A stretch of DNA of 64,000 nucleotides, taken from assembly GCA_965207455.1 (NCBI GenBank), contig CBDBMJ010000003.1, forward strand, positions 64,001 through 128,000, in the 5' to 3' direction. The notes under the pieces are model-generated. The model searched no databases, was not told the origin of the DNA, and saw only the letters and a list, made by a program, of their open reading frames with translations. The position numbers and the translations under genes are program-made. Positions 8,837 through 18,326 of the stretch are shown here, one piece after another; position 1 is the first letter of the stretch; every line of letters starts with the position of its first letter. This DNA is from Bdellovibrionota bacterium (GTDB lineage: Bacteria; Bdellovibrionota; UBA1018; CAIPTA01; JAALKR01).

Positions 8837-9931
8837 TTAACCCCTTCGTTTATTCTTCCATTGCTCTTTGGCAAGTTTTATAAAGTCCACACCAATGGAC
8901 TCAGCTAAGGTGTCCCTACCTCGATCATTATTCTCTTGAGCATAGACATGATCGAAAATACTCTCAGGTGTGGGATGCGTTTCTTGTCGTACTTTTTTCC
9001 AACTCTCACTAATTTCCTTCGTCCATTTTTCCCAAACCTTTTTCGCGTCCTGAGAGGAAAGTATGCTCTGCTTTTTTAATTCCTTTTCAAACCCCTCAAT
9101 AGGACAAGGGTCTGTGGTTCGGTTAGCACCACTAGCAGACGAATGACCATAAAGACGACTCACACAAAACTCCAAAAGATAGGGCTTGCGCTCCTTGCGC
9201 ACATATTCCATGGCCTGGCTTAAAGCACCCCAAGCCTCCCATACATTGTTTCCGTCGACAGTGAGGGAAGGAATTCCAAAGGCTTTTCCCCGGTCGGAAA
9301 TTTTTCTCTCTCCGTGTTGACCGTCGTAAGTGGTGGAAATACCCCAACGGTTATTATTCACAATTATAAGTAGAGGCAAAGGAGCCGCTGGTCGACTCGC
9401 CCAAATAAGAGCACTGGCAAAATCACCCTCAGCTGTGCCCGCATCTCCCCCATTGGCAATGGTAATACCCCTACTTCCCCTCTGAGCATGAGCCGTTCCA
9501 ATAGCCTGGGTATATTGGGGCTCAATACAAGAAGAGATGGGAGGAATATTCCACTCCCGCTTGCTATAATGATTTACAAAGTTTCGACCCCCAGAATAGG
9601 GATCCGTGGAAACACAGGCCATTTGGCGAATAGTGTCTGCTGGGTCCGCTCCCATTGCCATTAAAATACCGCTGGATCGATAGTGCAGATGAAGGAAATC
9701 ATGATCCAGACCAGAACCCTTATCGAGTAAAAGCCCAAGGGGAATGGAACTTGCCTCTTCTCCCGGCCCCCCAATCCAAAAAAATCCCTCGCCTGATTTC
9801 CCCATAAGAATGATGCGCTCTTCCAATACCCTGGTCTTTACCATGAGGCTGTGAATTTGTAGCAAGGTTTTTGGGGGTATGGCTGACTGAACTGATCGCA
9901 CAGCCGCTGGAGAAAGTACTTTTCTGGTCAT
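8837..9931 (-). CDS. 2-oxoacid dehydrogenase E1 alpha subunit
   Basis: TPP-binding GDAGTAEG...NNNRWGIST, VDGN, RLYGHSS. Confidence 0.92.
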   Translation of the reverse strand: MTRKVLSPAAVRSVQSAIPPKTLLQIHSLMVKTRVLEERIILMGKSGEGFFWIGGPGEEASSIPLGLLLDKGSGLDHDFLHLHYRSSGILMAMGADPADTIRQMACVSTDPYSGGRNFVNHYSKREWNIPPISSCIEPQYTQAIGTAHAQRGSRGITIANGGDAGTAEGDFASALIWASRPAAPLPLLIIVNNNRWGISTTYDGQHGERKISDRGKAFGIPSLTVDGNNVWEAWGALSQAMEYVRKERKPYLLEFCVSRLYGHSSASGANRTTDPCPIEGFEKELKKQSILSSQDAKKVWEKWTKEISESWKKVRQETHPTPESIFDHVYAQENNDRGRDTLAESIGVDFIKLAKEQWKNKRRG

Positions 9932-10056
9932 AGGTTTGCCCTCATAATAACTTTGTTCCCATAATAACTTTGCCCCCTCCAGCTATTGGCAGTAGACTCT
10001 ATTAGATGCACTTCTATGAAGTGTGACTAGTCGAGTCTAGGAGTAAAAAGGATATC

Positions 10057-10992
10057 ATGAAGTGGAAATTTCCTCCAGCTTTAGCGTCGGATCAAGCAAT
10101 CGGGGTGGTGGCACCCTCGAGCTTTGTGGATAATACATTCTTGCAATCAGGGCAAAAAAAATGCAGTCAGCTGGGCTTAAAACTCCACTATGACGAATCC
10201 ATATTGCAGAAAAAATTGTTCTTCGCAGGCGAAGACTCTCAAAGGGCAGAGAATTTTATTGCTGCCCATACTAGCGAGACCAATAATATGCTTTGGTGTG
10301 CACGAGGAGGCTACGGGGCTGCTCGTATTCTTCCCCTATTGGAGGAAAAAAAATTCCATACAACACTCCAAGAAAATCCAAAACTCCTTATTGGTTACTC
10401 GGACTCCACAGCTCTCTTTACCTATTACCTACAAAGGGGAGGAGTTTCCTGTTTACACGCTCCCTTAATGGCAGCTCCCAGTTGGTTAGATACGACAGAA
10501 AAAGATTCTACCGACTTTCTCAATATCCTTCATGGAACCACAGGTCTGGGCAAAGCCTCCCATACCGCAAAATGGAATACCCTTTTTTTAGGAAACCGTG
10601 GGACAGCTGAAGGAATTCTCATGGGAGGAAATATTAGCGTGCTATGTTCTTTAGTGGGTACGCCTTGGCAGCCCAAGTTTCAAGGAGGGATTGTGCTACT
10701 GGAAGATTGTAACGAACCCCCTTACCGGCTTCACCGTATGCTTACCCAATTGGATCAGGCCGGTTGTTTCGACGGAATACGAGGAGTAATTCTCGGCGAC
10801 TGCACCCACGGAGTGCCCAAAGGCACTACCTGGGAAACGGTCTTTTCCGACATACTCGTTCCCAAATGTCTCGTGCTTCATGGTGCTCCCGTGGGACACA
10901 GCAAGCGCAACAGCCCTCTCCCACTAGGGGTGCGAGCTAGAATCAACTCCCAAGGAAAACTGGAGTTATTGGAGCAGGTGGTAGGGCTCTAG
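10057..10992 (+). CDS. ldcA: LD-carboxypeptidase (S66 family)
   Basis: VAPSS, RGGYG, GYSD, GGN, LED, PVGH. Confidence 0.93.
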   Translation: MKWKFPPALASDQAIGVVAPSSFVDNTFLQSGQKKCSQLGLKLHYDESILQKKLFFAGEDSQRAENFIAAHTSETNNMLWCARGGYGAARILPLLEEKKFHTTLQENPKLLIGYSDSTALFTYYLQRGGVSCLHAPLMAAPSWLDTTEKDSTDFLNILHGTTGLGKASHTAKWNTLFLGNRGTAEGILMGGNISVLCSLVGTPWQPKFQGGIVLLEDCNEPPYRLHRMLTQLDQAGCFDGIRGVILGDCTHGVPKGTTWETVFSDILVPKCLVLHGAPVGHSKRNSPLPLGVRARINSQGKLELLEQVVGL

Positions 10993-11000
10993 GATTATTA
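10956..11000. repeat. Left copy of ~45-bp imperfect direct repeat flanking the AbiE module
   Basis: aaaactggagttattgg...gtagggctctaggattatta; right copy 12412-12450. Confidence 0.85.
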
Positions 11001-11757
11001 AGAGACCCAAAATTTCTGTAATTCATCAATAAAGCTCTGGTAAGCCTCTTCAAAGCTAGGTGCTTCTTTGATTCCTGAAACAGCACTTGACCAACCGATC
11101 TTCAGAAGGCTCAAATCTATGGTTTTTAAATGCTGGATAAGATCTTTAGGAATAACTGTTTCTCGATAATTGAAACAAGCTTCAAGAGAACGAAATAAAT
11201 TGTTTTTTTCAGCTCTTGGAAGAAAGTAGGATAAGTCAAATATATCCTTTGAGCGTGAATTGTACTTTCCAAGATCCACTAGTGCATGAATTTTTTCTGC
11301 AATCATTGTTTCTATAGGATAAACAAACCAAGTCAGTTCATTTTCTCCAATCAGCTCTGGTGTTTTAATTTGAAGAGGAGAAGGAACAATAGGATCACCA
11401 ATTCCTAGGTCAAATTGAATAATCTGGAACTTTTTTATATTTTTAGGTATCTCGCCAATCCCAGCACGAAATACTTGTCGAACTCCACCATACTCGCCCT
11501 GAGTTTTAAGATCTATTTCTTTTTCAAACCTAAACCAAACAGCATCATTAAAAGTTTTTTCTACGACTACCTTAACAGCATCAAGATCAATTGTATACCT
11601 GCTGGATTTATAAATACGTAGTCCCACATAGCCACCCTTGAAAACAAGAGATTTGTAGAGTGTTGCATTTGATGTAATTCTGACAACTAAGATTATTTTT
11701 TTTAGCCCAATTTGAAAGCTTCTGTTTTATCGAGATGCTCTGATTCTTTATACTCAT
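10998..11757 (-). pseudogene. abiEii: AbiEii-family nucleotidyltransferase toxin (type IV TA), frameshifted near N-terminus
   Basis: LVFKGG lies in frame upstream of the tracked GTG; SRYTIDLD, IAEKIHA, NSRSKDIFDL; coupled ATG at 11757 is in another frame. Confidence 0.8.
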
Positions 11758-12320
11758 AAAATGATGGCCTCCCAATATTTATCAAAGGTTTTTTTTAGGT
11801 TTAGTGCAGTTGCCATTTTTCCAAGTTTCGTTTCTGTAGTAAGGTCATCTTTAAGAGCACGTCTTGTTGCATTTATCGCAATTCTAAGACCGAGTTTCGT
11901 TGCAAATTTTAGTGATTCAATAAGTGTGCGCTCAATATTTGTGATTTTAAAGCATCCTCGATCTTCGATTCCTTTAGTAAAAGGTGTGCTTGTTCTAAGA
12001 CATTTATATTTTTTGCGTTCATTTTTTTTTGCTTGAGGTACGATAAGCCAAACTTGCTGAGGAGCCTGATCAATGAGTCCGTAATGAAAAAGAGCAGAGA
12101 GCCCACTTACGGCAGCATCTGGTCCAAAATACTTGTATGCCATAGCAAAATCCAGCTCTTCTGGATCAATGGAAGACTTTGGATGCATATAAAGACCACG
12201 ATCAATTCGTAGGAGCTTTTCCTGCTTCACCCACCTTGAAAGCGTGTGTCGCCCAATGCCCGCGCTGCTTTGAGCTTCTTTCGCATTGAATATTCCAAGT
12301 TTTTTTAGTTTGCTAGGCAT
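11754..12320 (-). CDS. abiEi: AbiEi-family antitoxin / transcriptional regulator
   Basis: wHTH with L.RI.RGLY, SGLSALFHYGL, ITNIERTLIE; overlaps toxin start (ATGA). Confidence 0.88.
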   Translation of the reverse strand: MPSKLKKLGIFNAKEAQSSAGIGRHTLSRWVKQEKLLRIDRGLYMHPKSSIDPEELDFAMAYKYFGPDAAVSGLSALFHYGLIDQAPQQVWLIVPQAKKNERKKYKCLRTSTPFTKGIEDRGCFKITNIERTLIESLKFATKLGLRIAINATRRALKDDLTTETKLGKMATALNLKKTFDKYWEAIIL

Positions 12321-12330
12321 CTTATTCTAT

Positions 12331-12380
12331 TATGCACCAAATCCGACATTTTTCAACAAAAATGTCGGATTTGGTGCATA
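12331..12380. promoter_or_regulatory. Perfect 23-bp inverted repeat, putative AbiEi operator
   Basis: TATGCACCAAATCCGACATTTTT-caac-AAAAATGTCGGATTTGGTGCATA, 10 bp upstream of abiEi. Confidence 0.85.
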
Positions 12381-12411
12381 TACGATAGCAGCCATGGAGC
12401 ATAAGTACCTA

Positions 12412-12450
12412 AAAACTGGAGTTATTGGGGGTAGGACTCTAGGATTATTA
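12412..12450. repeat. Right copy of direct repeat flanking the AbiE module
   Basis: Matches 10956-11000 with a 6-bp gap and one mismatch. Confidence 0.85.
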
Positions 12451-13200
12451 GGGTAGGGGCCACAAGCGAAACACGCTTTCTGTTTTCGATATCCACTCCC
12501 CCCGTTCAAAGGGTGTTTTCACGGTATAAGGTGATTTAGCAAAACGGAAAAGCAGGGGCGGGTAGGTTTTATCTTCTTTTTGCCACTGGGGATTTTGTCT
12601 TCCTTTTGCGTGACGAAAGTTTAAGAAGTCGAAGTGTATGTACACCTCCTTTGTGTTTCCAGAGGCAAGAACTCGCCCATCTGGAGTAAGTCGCTTGGAG
12701 TAATCTATTGACGGCAGGCCCATTCGATTCATGGTAATTTCGTCTTTAATCTGAGTATATTCACAGAGATTTATATTTTCTTTTTGGGTAATATGAACAC
12801 GTCCGTGGCTCACGCCCCCATCCTTTCGTCGACCAAATACTTCAAAAGATTTTCTATTACTCAGTTTCTTTCCCTCCTTTCCCCAAAGTTCGTAAAGAAA
12901 AACCATGGACTCTTCTGGAAATAAACCGCAAGAAGGAATTTTATATACTTTCAGAAGTTTCCTGCCACCAAGGAAGCTTACTTCTATTTTCTCTTCTGTA
13001 TGGCGCTCGTCGGTTGCAGCTAGGCTATCGCTTAAGGTATTTAGAGTGCCCTTCCAAGTGCCCTCTAGTTTTTCAAAAGAGAAGCTCTTCCAACTTTGGT
13101 TCATTTTGGTACACTCAAAGCATAAAGAATTTAGTCTTTGCCCCGCACAGCCACTCAAAAATAAACCCAATACGCCAATAGAAAAAAGTAAACGCACCAT
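12448..13200 (-). CDS. Hypothetical lipoprotein
   Basis: Lipobox LSGC, GGAGG RBS. Confidence 0.8.
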   Translation of the reverse strand: MVRLLFSIGVLGLFLSGCAGQRLNSLCFECTKMNQSWKSFSFEKLEGTWKGTLNTLSDSLAATDERHTEEKIEVSFLGGRKLLKVYKIPSCGLFPEESMVFLYELWGKEGKKLSNRKSFEVFGRRKDGGVSHGRVHITQKENINLCEYTQIKDEITMNRMGLPSIDYSKRLTPDGRVLASGNTKEVYIHFDFLNFRHAKGRQNPQWQKEDKTYPPLLFRFAKSPYTVKTPFERGEWISKTESVFRLWPLP

Positions 13201-13224
13201 TTTTTATGCCTCCTTATAGAAGAC

Positions 13225-13251
13225 ATATCGGCAGCAGTTATTTTTACTTGA
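13225..13251 (-). promoter_or_regulatory. Putative sigma28 (FliA) promoter
   Basis: TCAA-N15-GCCGATAT upstream of the lipoprotein gene. Confidence 0.65.
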
Positions 13252-13288
13252 GCACTATTTATCACCGTCAAAGAATTGACAATTTATT

Positions 13289-14509
13289 TCATGAATACAT
13301 TTTTTTTGCTTTTTTTAACTCTGCATGTTCGAACGCTGAGGCCATGCGATCGATTTCTTTTTTACTTAAGCCAAATTGTTGGGCAATATCGCGCCAGCTA
13401 GAAACAGCCGTTGCCACCTGCTTCACAATCTTATACGCTTGATTTTTTTCTAGTCTAAATTCGTCAATAACAGATAGAGCTGTATCAATAGAGGCTGTTG
13501 AGTCATTGAAGCTAATTGAAGTTGAAAGGATACGGTCCTTTATGTCGATGGGATTTGGGTTTATATCGTAAGCAGGTGAGAGGCGCCAGCCTTTATGTCG
13601 TTCATATAAAAAACCATGGTTTCGCAAATGATCGTCGGTATTAGAAATAAGTACGGTGAAGACAATCCTGCGCCAAAGTTCTGCCATATCTTGATCGGGT
13701 TTTTCACCATACTGTATAAGGGCATGGGCGATCTCAAGATAGCTGCGCCTATCATTATCTTTTGCACCAAGCATACTCATGGCAGAGAGGAATGGAATGC
13801 GTTTATTACCTATTCGATCAAAGCGCTGTATAATGAGAACAGGTTTTTTCTGGATATTTTCTAAGCGCACTTCAGGGATCTGTAGACCAGCTTTTTGTGC
13901 CAGTTTAAGAGCCACAGCTTCCCATACAACAACATTATATTCATCATCTTTTTTAGGAAATTTAGCAATAGCGAGACGACCATTTTTATCATACACAGAT
14001 ACCTTTGGTCTTGCACCACCAAGAGAAGAGCCTGGAGCAAGAAGTATTTTTAAATCATCCTCTGTTTCATTATCATTTAAGAAATTCTCGGAGGCAGACA
14101 AAAGCCTTGGTAAATCAATAAGTGGTGGAATGCTTGTTCTGTTTTTTCGAGTTAAGTATGGTCCTTGGGATTGCAGGGAAAAGCGCAGCGCGCCCTGACG
14201 TGATTCATCGTTGACGGCAAGGAGATAATCTATTTCTAAAAGAGGTTTCATGGCTTGCCCTTTCCTTTTTGCACGCATACTTTCAAAGCGCTGAATGAGA
14301 ATATGTCCCCAGCGATCTGGAGCAGAGTCTCCAATTGCGCCAAATAAAGCCTGACCGGGGCATGTATAAAAAGCACCCTCGGTGAGTTGCAAGGCCGGAT
14401 CAATGGCAAATCTTTCGCGATTCTTGCGCTGGTGACACCATAATTTACCCACTTGCTGGCGCTCATCACCAAGTTGGATAGAAACATAAATTTGCTTACT
14501 ATTTGCCAT
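13289..14509 (-). CDS. hipA: HipA-family kinase toxin (type II TA)
   Basis: GDSAPDRWG, SLGGARPK, IAKFP, NTDDHLRNHGF, LSPAYD; likely start MANSK at 14509. Confidence 0.92.
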   Translation of the reverse strand: MANSKQIYVSIQLGDERQQVGKLWCHQRKNRERFAIDPALQLTEGAFYTCPGQALFGAIGDSAPDRWGHILIQRFESMRAKRKGQAMKPLLEIDYLLAVNDESRQGALRFSLQSQGPYLTRKNRTSIPPLIDLPRLLSASENFLNDNETEDDLKILLAPGSSLGGARPKVSVYDKNGRLAIAKFPKKDDEYNVVVWEAVALKLAQKAGLQIPEVRLENIQKKPVLIIQRFDRIGNKRIPFLSAMSMLGAKDNDRRSYLEIAHALIQYGEKPDQDMAELWRRIVFTVLISNTDDHLRNHGFLYERHKGWRLSPAYDINPNPIDIKDRILSTSISFNDSTASIDTALSVIDEFRLEKNQAYKIVKQVATAVSSWRDIAQQFGLSKKEIDRMASAFEHAELKKAKKMYS

Positions 14510-14834
14510 TGTTCTCTCGATTGATCCGAGGAAACCGAATGCGTTTTGGCAGGTTTTCTGTTTCCAGATCCAGTCCAATAATATCGCGGTGTGGGCCGGC
14601 TATATTCTGCAAGTGATCAGTCATGCCTAGTACGAATAGAGCACAGGCATATGATCCCATTGAAACAGAGGGCTCACCTCTTTCAATTTTGCCTAAAGTT
14701 ATAACTGAAAAGCCTGCACGTTCAGCCATAATTTTTGTGGGGATACGCCGTCGTCGTCGAGCGACAGAGATATTTTCACCAAGCTCACGCATGGCTCTTT
14801 TTGCAGGAATGGGTAATCGTGGTTTACGTTTCAT
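14499..14834 (-). CDS. XRE-family HTH antitoxin (HipB-like)
   Basis: LGENISVARRRR..MAERAG.S..TL.KIERG; overlaps hipA start. Confidence 0.88.
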   Translation of the reverse strand: MKRKPRLPIPAKRAMRELGENISVARRRRRIPTKIMAERAGFSVITLGKIERGEPSVSMGSYACALFVLGMTDHLQNIAGPHRDIIGLDLETENLPKRIRFPRINRENNGK

Positions 14835-14844
14835 CTGTTCACCT

Positions 14845-14899
14845 TAATATATCTTATAATATATACTATAGTATTTAAGAATAATTATAAGATATATTA
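14845..14899. promoter_or_regulatory. 16-bp inverted repeat, putative antitoxin operator
   Basis: TAATATATCTTATAAT (14845-60) and ATTATAAGATATATTA (14884-99) directly upstream of the antitoxin. Confidence 0.65.
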
Positions 14900-15092
14900 T
14901 ACTCCCTTGCTGTTCAGAGACTCTTTAAATTATGGTGAAGCCTCCACTGAGCACTTAAGCAATAAAAAATATGCTTAACTGTCAAAACTACTATAAGCAT
15001 ATGTTATTTAAGGCTATTTTTTATGTATTTAAGGGAGCGACCTCAATCCTACTGCCCACATCACTCTGCAAAATAACGAATTCCAGCTAAAT

Positions 15093-15752
15093 CTATTCAG
15101 CAGGTTGGTGTCGAATAATAGTACCGTCGATCATGTAAATTACATCTTCCGCAATATTGACTGCATAATCACCAATATGCTCCAAGTGACGAGAGACGGA
15201 TAAATAATGGATAAGAACCTCCACGTTATTTGGATCCTTGCGAATGCAATCATAGACTTGGCGATAGGTCTGCCTATTGATTGCATCCAGCTCATCATCG
15301 AGACCAACAGTTTCCCGTGCAAGCTCCCCATCCCTATCAATCATAGAGTCCAGTGCTCTTCGGAGGATGGTGCGCGCTTTTTTGGCCATCTCTTCAAAAT
15401 CAAATGGCGCTTCAATGGGATCCATCTTAGAAATAACTGCGGCTCGCCTTGAAATATTAACAGCCAAATCTCCCACTCTCTCTAAATCGTTATTAATTTT
15501 CAAGACACCGATCAAAAAACGCATATCTATGGCAACTGGCTGATGAAGAGCCAGCACTTTTAAGCATTCTTCTTCTAAAGCCACCTCAGCTAAATCCACC
15601 TCATGATCCAGCTCTTTAAGATGCTTAGCTAGTTTTTCATCTCGGTGCTTCAACGCTGTTATAGCTTTCCCTAGATTTCCTTCCACCATGGCACTTAATA
15701 AAAGTAATTTTCGTTTAATTGCATCTAATTCCCATTCTAATCGTTTAACCAT
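15093..15752 (-). CDS. phoU: Phosphate signalling protein PhoU
   Basis: ALHQPVAIDMR, DLERVGDLAVNI, HIGDYAVNIAEDVIY. Confidence 0.96.
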   Translation of the reverse strand: MVKRLEWELDAIKRKLLLLSAMVEGNLGKAITALKHRDEKLAKHLKELDHEVDLAEVALEEECLKVLALHQPVAIDMRFLIGVLKINNDLERVGDLAVNISRRAAVISKMDPIEAPFDFEEMAKKARTILRRALDSMIDRDGELARETVGLDDELDAINRQTYRQVYDCIRKDPNNVEVLIHYLSVSRHLEHIGDYAVNIAEDVIYMIDGTIIRHQPAE

Positions 15753-15785
15753 AATACCATTCCCTCTTTCTTATTATAATCCATA

Positions 15786-16550
15786 TTAGCCAAACCTACC
15801 CGTAATATAATCTTCTGTTTCTTTCTTCTTTGGATTTGTGAATAAATTTTTTGTTTCTCCGAACTCTACTAAAACCCCGTTAACGAGAAAGGCTGTTTCG
15901 TCGGAAATACGAGTTGCTTGCTGCATATTATGGGTCACAACCAGTATTGTGTAATTTTTTTTCAAGGAATGGATTAAGTCTTCCACTCCTGCTGTGGAGC
16001 GGGGGTCTAGGGAGGAGCAAGGCTCATCCATTAAAATTACGTCCGGCTTCATGGCTATGGCACGAGCAATGCAAAGGCGCTGCTGTTGTCCACCGGAAAG
16101 ACTTTGAGCTGGATCGTCTAGACGTTTTTCCACTTCCTTCCATAGAGAAGCCTCTTTCAAAGAATTTTCCACTAGCTCATCGTCGTCCCCTTTATACCCG
16201 TGAAGTTTTGGTCCCCAAATAATATTGTCATAGATGGACTTGGGAAAAGGGTTGGGTCGCTGAAAAACCATACCAATTCTTTTCCGAATCTCCACAGGGT
16301 CCGCTTGTGGTGAATATAAATTATTCCCTCGGTACAGCACTTCTCCTTTTATTACTGCACTGGGAATAAAATCGTTCATTCGATTGAAAACTCGTAAAAG
16401 AGTACTTTTACCACATCCAGATGGCCCAATCACCGCAGTAACCTTGTTCTCCTGAATTTGTAAATCTACTTTTTTTACTGCCTCTTCTTCACCGTAAAAA
16501 CAAGATAGGTTACTTACGGATAAAACAATATTTTTATTTATATTTTCCAT
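15786..16550 (-). CDS. pstB: Phosphate ABC transporter ATPase
   Basis: [35 protein letters not shown]; likely start 16550. Confidence 0.97.
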   Translation of the reverse strand: MENINKNIVLSVSNLSCFYGEEEAVKKVDLQIQENKVTAVIGPSGCGKSTLLRVFNRMNDFIPSAVIKGEVLYRGNNLYSPQADPVEIRKRIGMVFQRPNPFPKSIYDNIIWGPKLHGYKGDDDELVENSLKEASLWKEVEKRLDDPAQSLSGGQQQRLCIARAIAMKPDVILMDEPCSSLDPRSTAGVEDLIHSLKKNYTILVVTHNMQQATRISDETAFLVNGVLVEFGETKNLFTNPKKKETEDYITGRFG

Positions 16551-16551
16551 G

Positions 16552-17412
16552 CTAGGTTTGATTCCTTTTTTGTGACCTGTGACGAATCCATAGAGCACCA
16601 CAATTCATTAGAAATAAAGTAGCTAAGAAAACAATAATCGTTGCTGCAGAAAGGCTGTGGAAGTCTGCTTGTGGACGAGAAGCCCAGTTAAATATTTGAA
16701 TAGGAATCGTAGTGAATGGGTCCATTGGGCTGCTAGGAATAAAGGCCACATAGGCATAGGCACCTAGAATAAGTAAGGGAGCAGCCTCGCCAATGGCACG
16801 GGAGAGGGAAAGAATAAGTCCCGTCATAATTCCCGGTGTGGCTGCGGGTAGCACCTGTCCAAAAACTGCTTGCCAGCGCTTGGCTCCAAGGGCGTATGCT
16901 GCGTGACGAATGGAGTCCGGTACTGCTTTAATCGCCTCTTGGGTGGTAATAATAATCATGGGCAATACCAATAGGCTTAACATCAAAGCACCAGAAATCA
17001 AACTTCTTCCTAAATCCATAAATCGTACAAATATGATCAATCCAAGCAGACCATAAATTACAGAGGGCACTCCAGCCAAATTCGATAGGTTTAAATGTAT
17101 GAAATTAGTAAAGCGGTTCTTTTCCATATATTCTTCCAAATAAATAGCAACACAAACACCCATGGGAATAGAAAATATCCCCGTTAATAGCATCACCCAA
17201 ATGGTTCCTCCAATTGCAGCTCTTAATCCAGCTTCCTTAGGCATCCATGACGTCCAGTTGGTAAGCAGGTTCCAACTTAACCAGCCAGCTCCTTTCACAA
17301 TAATGCTCGCAATCAATGTGACTAAAATAAGAGTGGACAACCAAGCAAATCCTAAGCAAGTCCATCGAAACAAGCGCTCCATTCGTTTCCTGCGTTCTAT
17401 ATTTTCCATCAT
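16552..17412 (-). CDS. pstA: Phosphate ABC transporter permease PstA
   Basis: [25 protein letters not shown]. Confidence 0.96.
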   Translation of the reverse strand: MMENIERRKRMERLFRWTCLGFAWLSTLILVTLIASIIVKGAGWLSWNLLTNWTSWMPKEAGLRAAIGGTIWVMLLTGIFSIPMGVCVAIYLEEYMEKNRFTNFIHLNLSNLAGVPSVIYGLLGLIIFVRFMDLGRSLISGALMLSLLVLPMIIITTQEAIKAVPDSIRHAAYALGAKRWQAVFGQVLPAATPGIMTGLILSLSRAIGEAAPLLILGAYAYVAFIPSSPMDPFTTIPIQIFNWASRPQADFHSLSAATIIVFLATLFLMNCGALWIRHRSQKRNQT

Positions 17413-18326
17413 CTGGAAACCACCTTATGAGCAACGGCATTGAGACCAAAGGTCATAAAAAATAATAACGCCCCAACAGCCATACTACTTTTAAATTCAA
17501 TTCCCTCAGCCGATATATCCCCCAAACTAATTTGCACGATATAGGAAGTCATGGTTTGAATACTTTCCAGTGGGTTAATGGTAAGATTGGGTGTGGCTCC
17601 TGCGGCCAACGTAACTGCCATTGTTTCTCCAATGGCCCGGGAAATAGCAAGAATAAAAGCTGCCAATATCCGAGAAAAAGTGGCAGGAACCACAAGTTGG
17701 GTAACCACCTCATAGGTAGTGGCACCCATGGCATAACCTCCTTGCCTTAAAGCAGGGGGTACGGAACGAAAAGCATCGTCGCATAAAGATGCCACTAGCG
17801 GTAAAATCATAATGGCTACAACAATGGATGCGCTAGCTGCATTAAACACTTGAATATTTGGGAAAAATATTCCCAACAATGGAGTAATAAAGGTAAGAGC
17901 AAAGTATCCATATACAATAGAGGGAATTCCTGCCAATAACTCTAAAATGGGTTTCATGATATCCCGGGTGCTGGGCCTGGAATACTCACTAAGATAAATA
18001 GCCGTAACTAGACCAATGGGAAGGGCCAGCGCACCTGAACACACCACCACCAGCAAAGTGCCACACACAAGAGGGAGCACGCCAAAGGATTTTGGCTCCA
18101 GTAAGGGCTCCCAACGGGTGCCTGTTAAAAAATCCAGTATGGGAACTTCTGCAAAAAACTGGAAGCTCTCGTCCAATAAGCACCATAAAATAACAACTGT
18201 AATTAACAGGGTAAAAAGAGTACAAAGCAATAAAACAAGCTCTATTGCTTTTTCCTGTAGATTAGGCTTAATGTTAAAAAAACTCTTTACCATTATACGC
18301 TTACTGCTTTGCCAACTCTTGCTCAA
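17409..18326 (-). CDS. pstC: Phosphate ABC transporter permease PstC
   Basis: LELLAGIPSIVYG, SRAIGETMAV. Confidence 0.96.
   Translation of the reverse strand: MSKSWQSSKRIMVKSFFNIKPNLQEKAIELVLLLCTLFTLLITVVILWCLLDESFQFFAEVPILDFLTGTRWEPLLEPKSFGVLPLVCGTLLVVVCSGALALPIGLVTAIYLSEYSRPSTRDIMKPILELLAGIPSIVYGYFALTFITPLLGIFFPNIQVFNAASASIVVAIMILPLVASLCDDAFRSVPPALRQGGYAMGATTYEVVTQLVVPATFSRILAAFILAISRAIGETMAVTLAAGATPNLTINPLESIQTMTSYIVQISLGDISAEGIEFKSSMAVGALLFFMTFGLNAVAHKVVSR

Noticed and set aside
13201..15092. Target duplication around the HipAB module
   Set aside because: Only 6-8-bp matches (GCCTCC, TGAGCACT), compatible with chance
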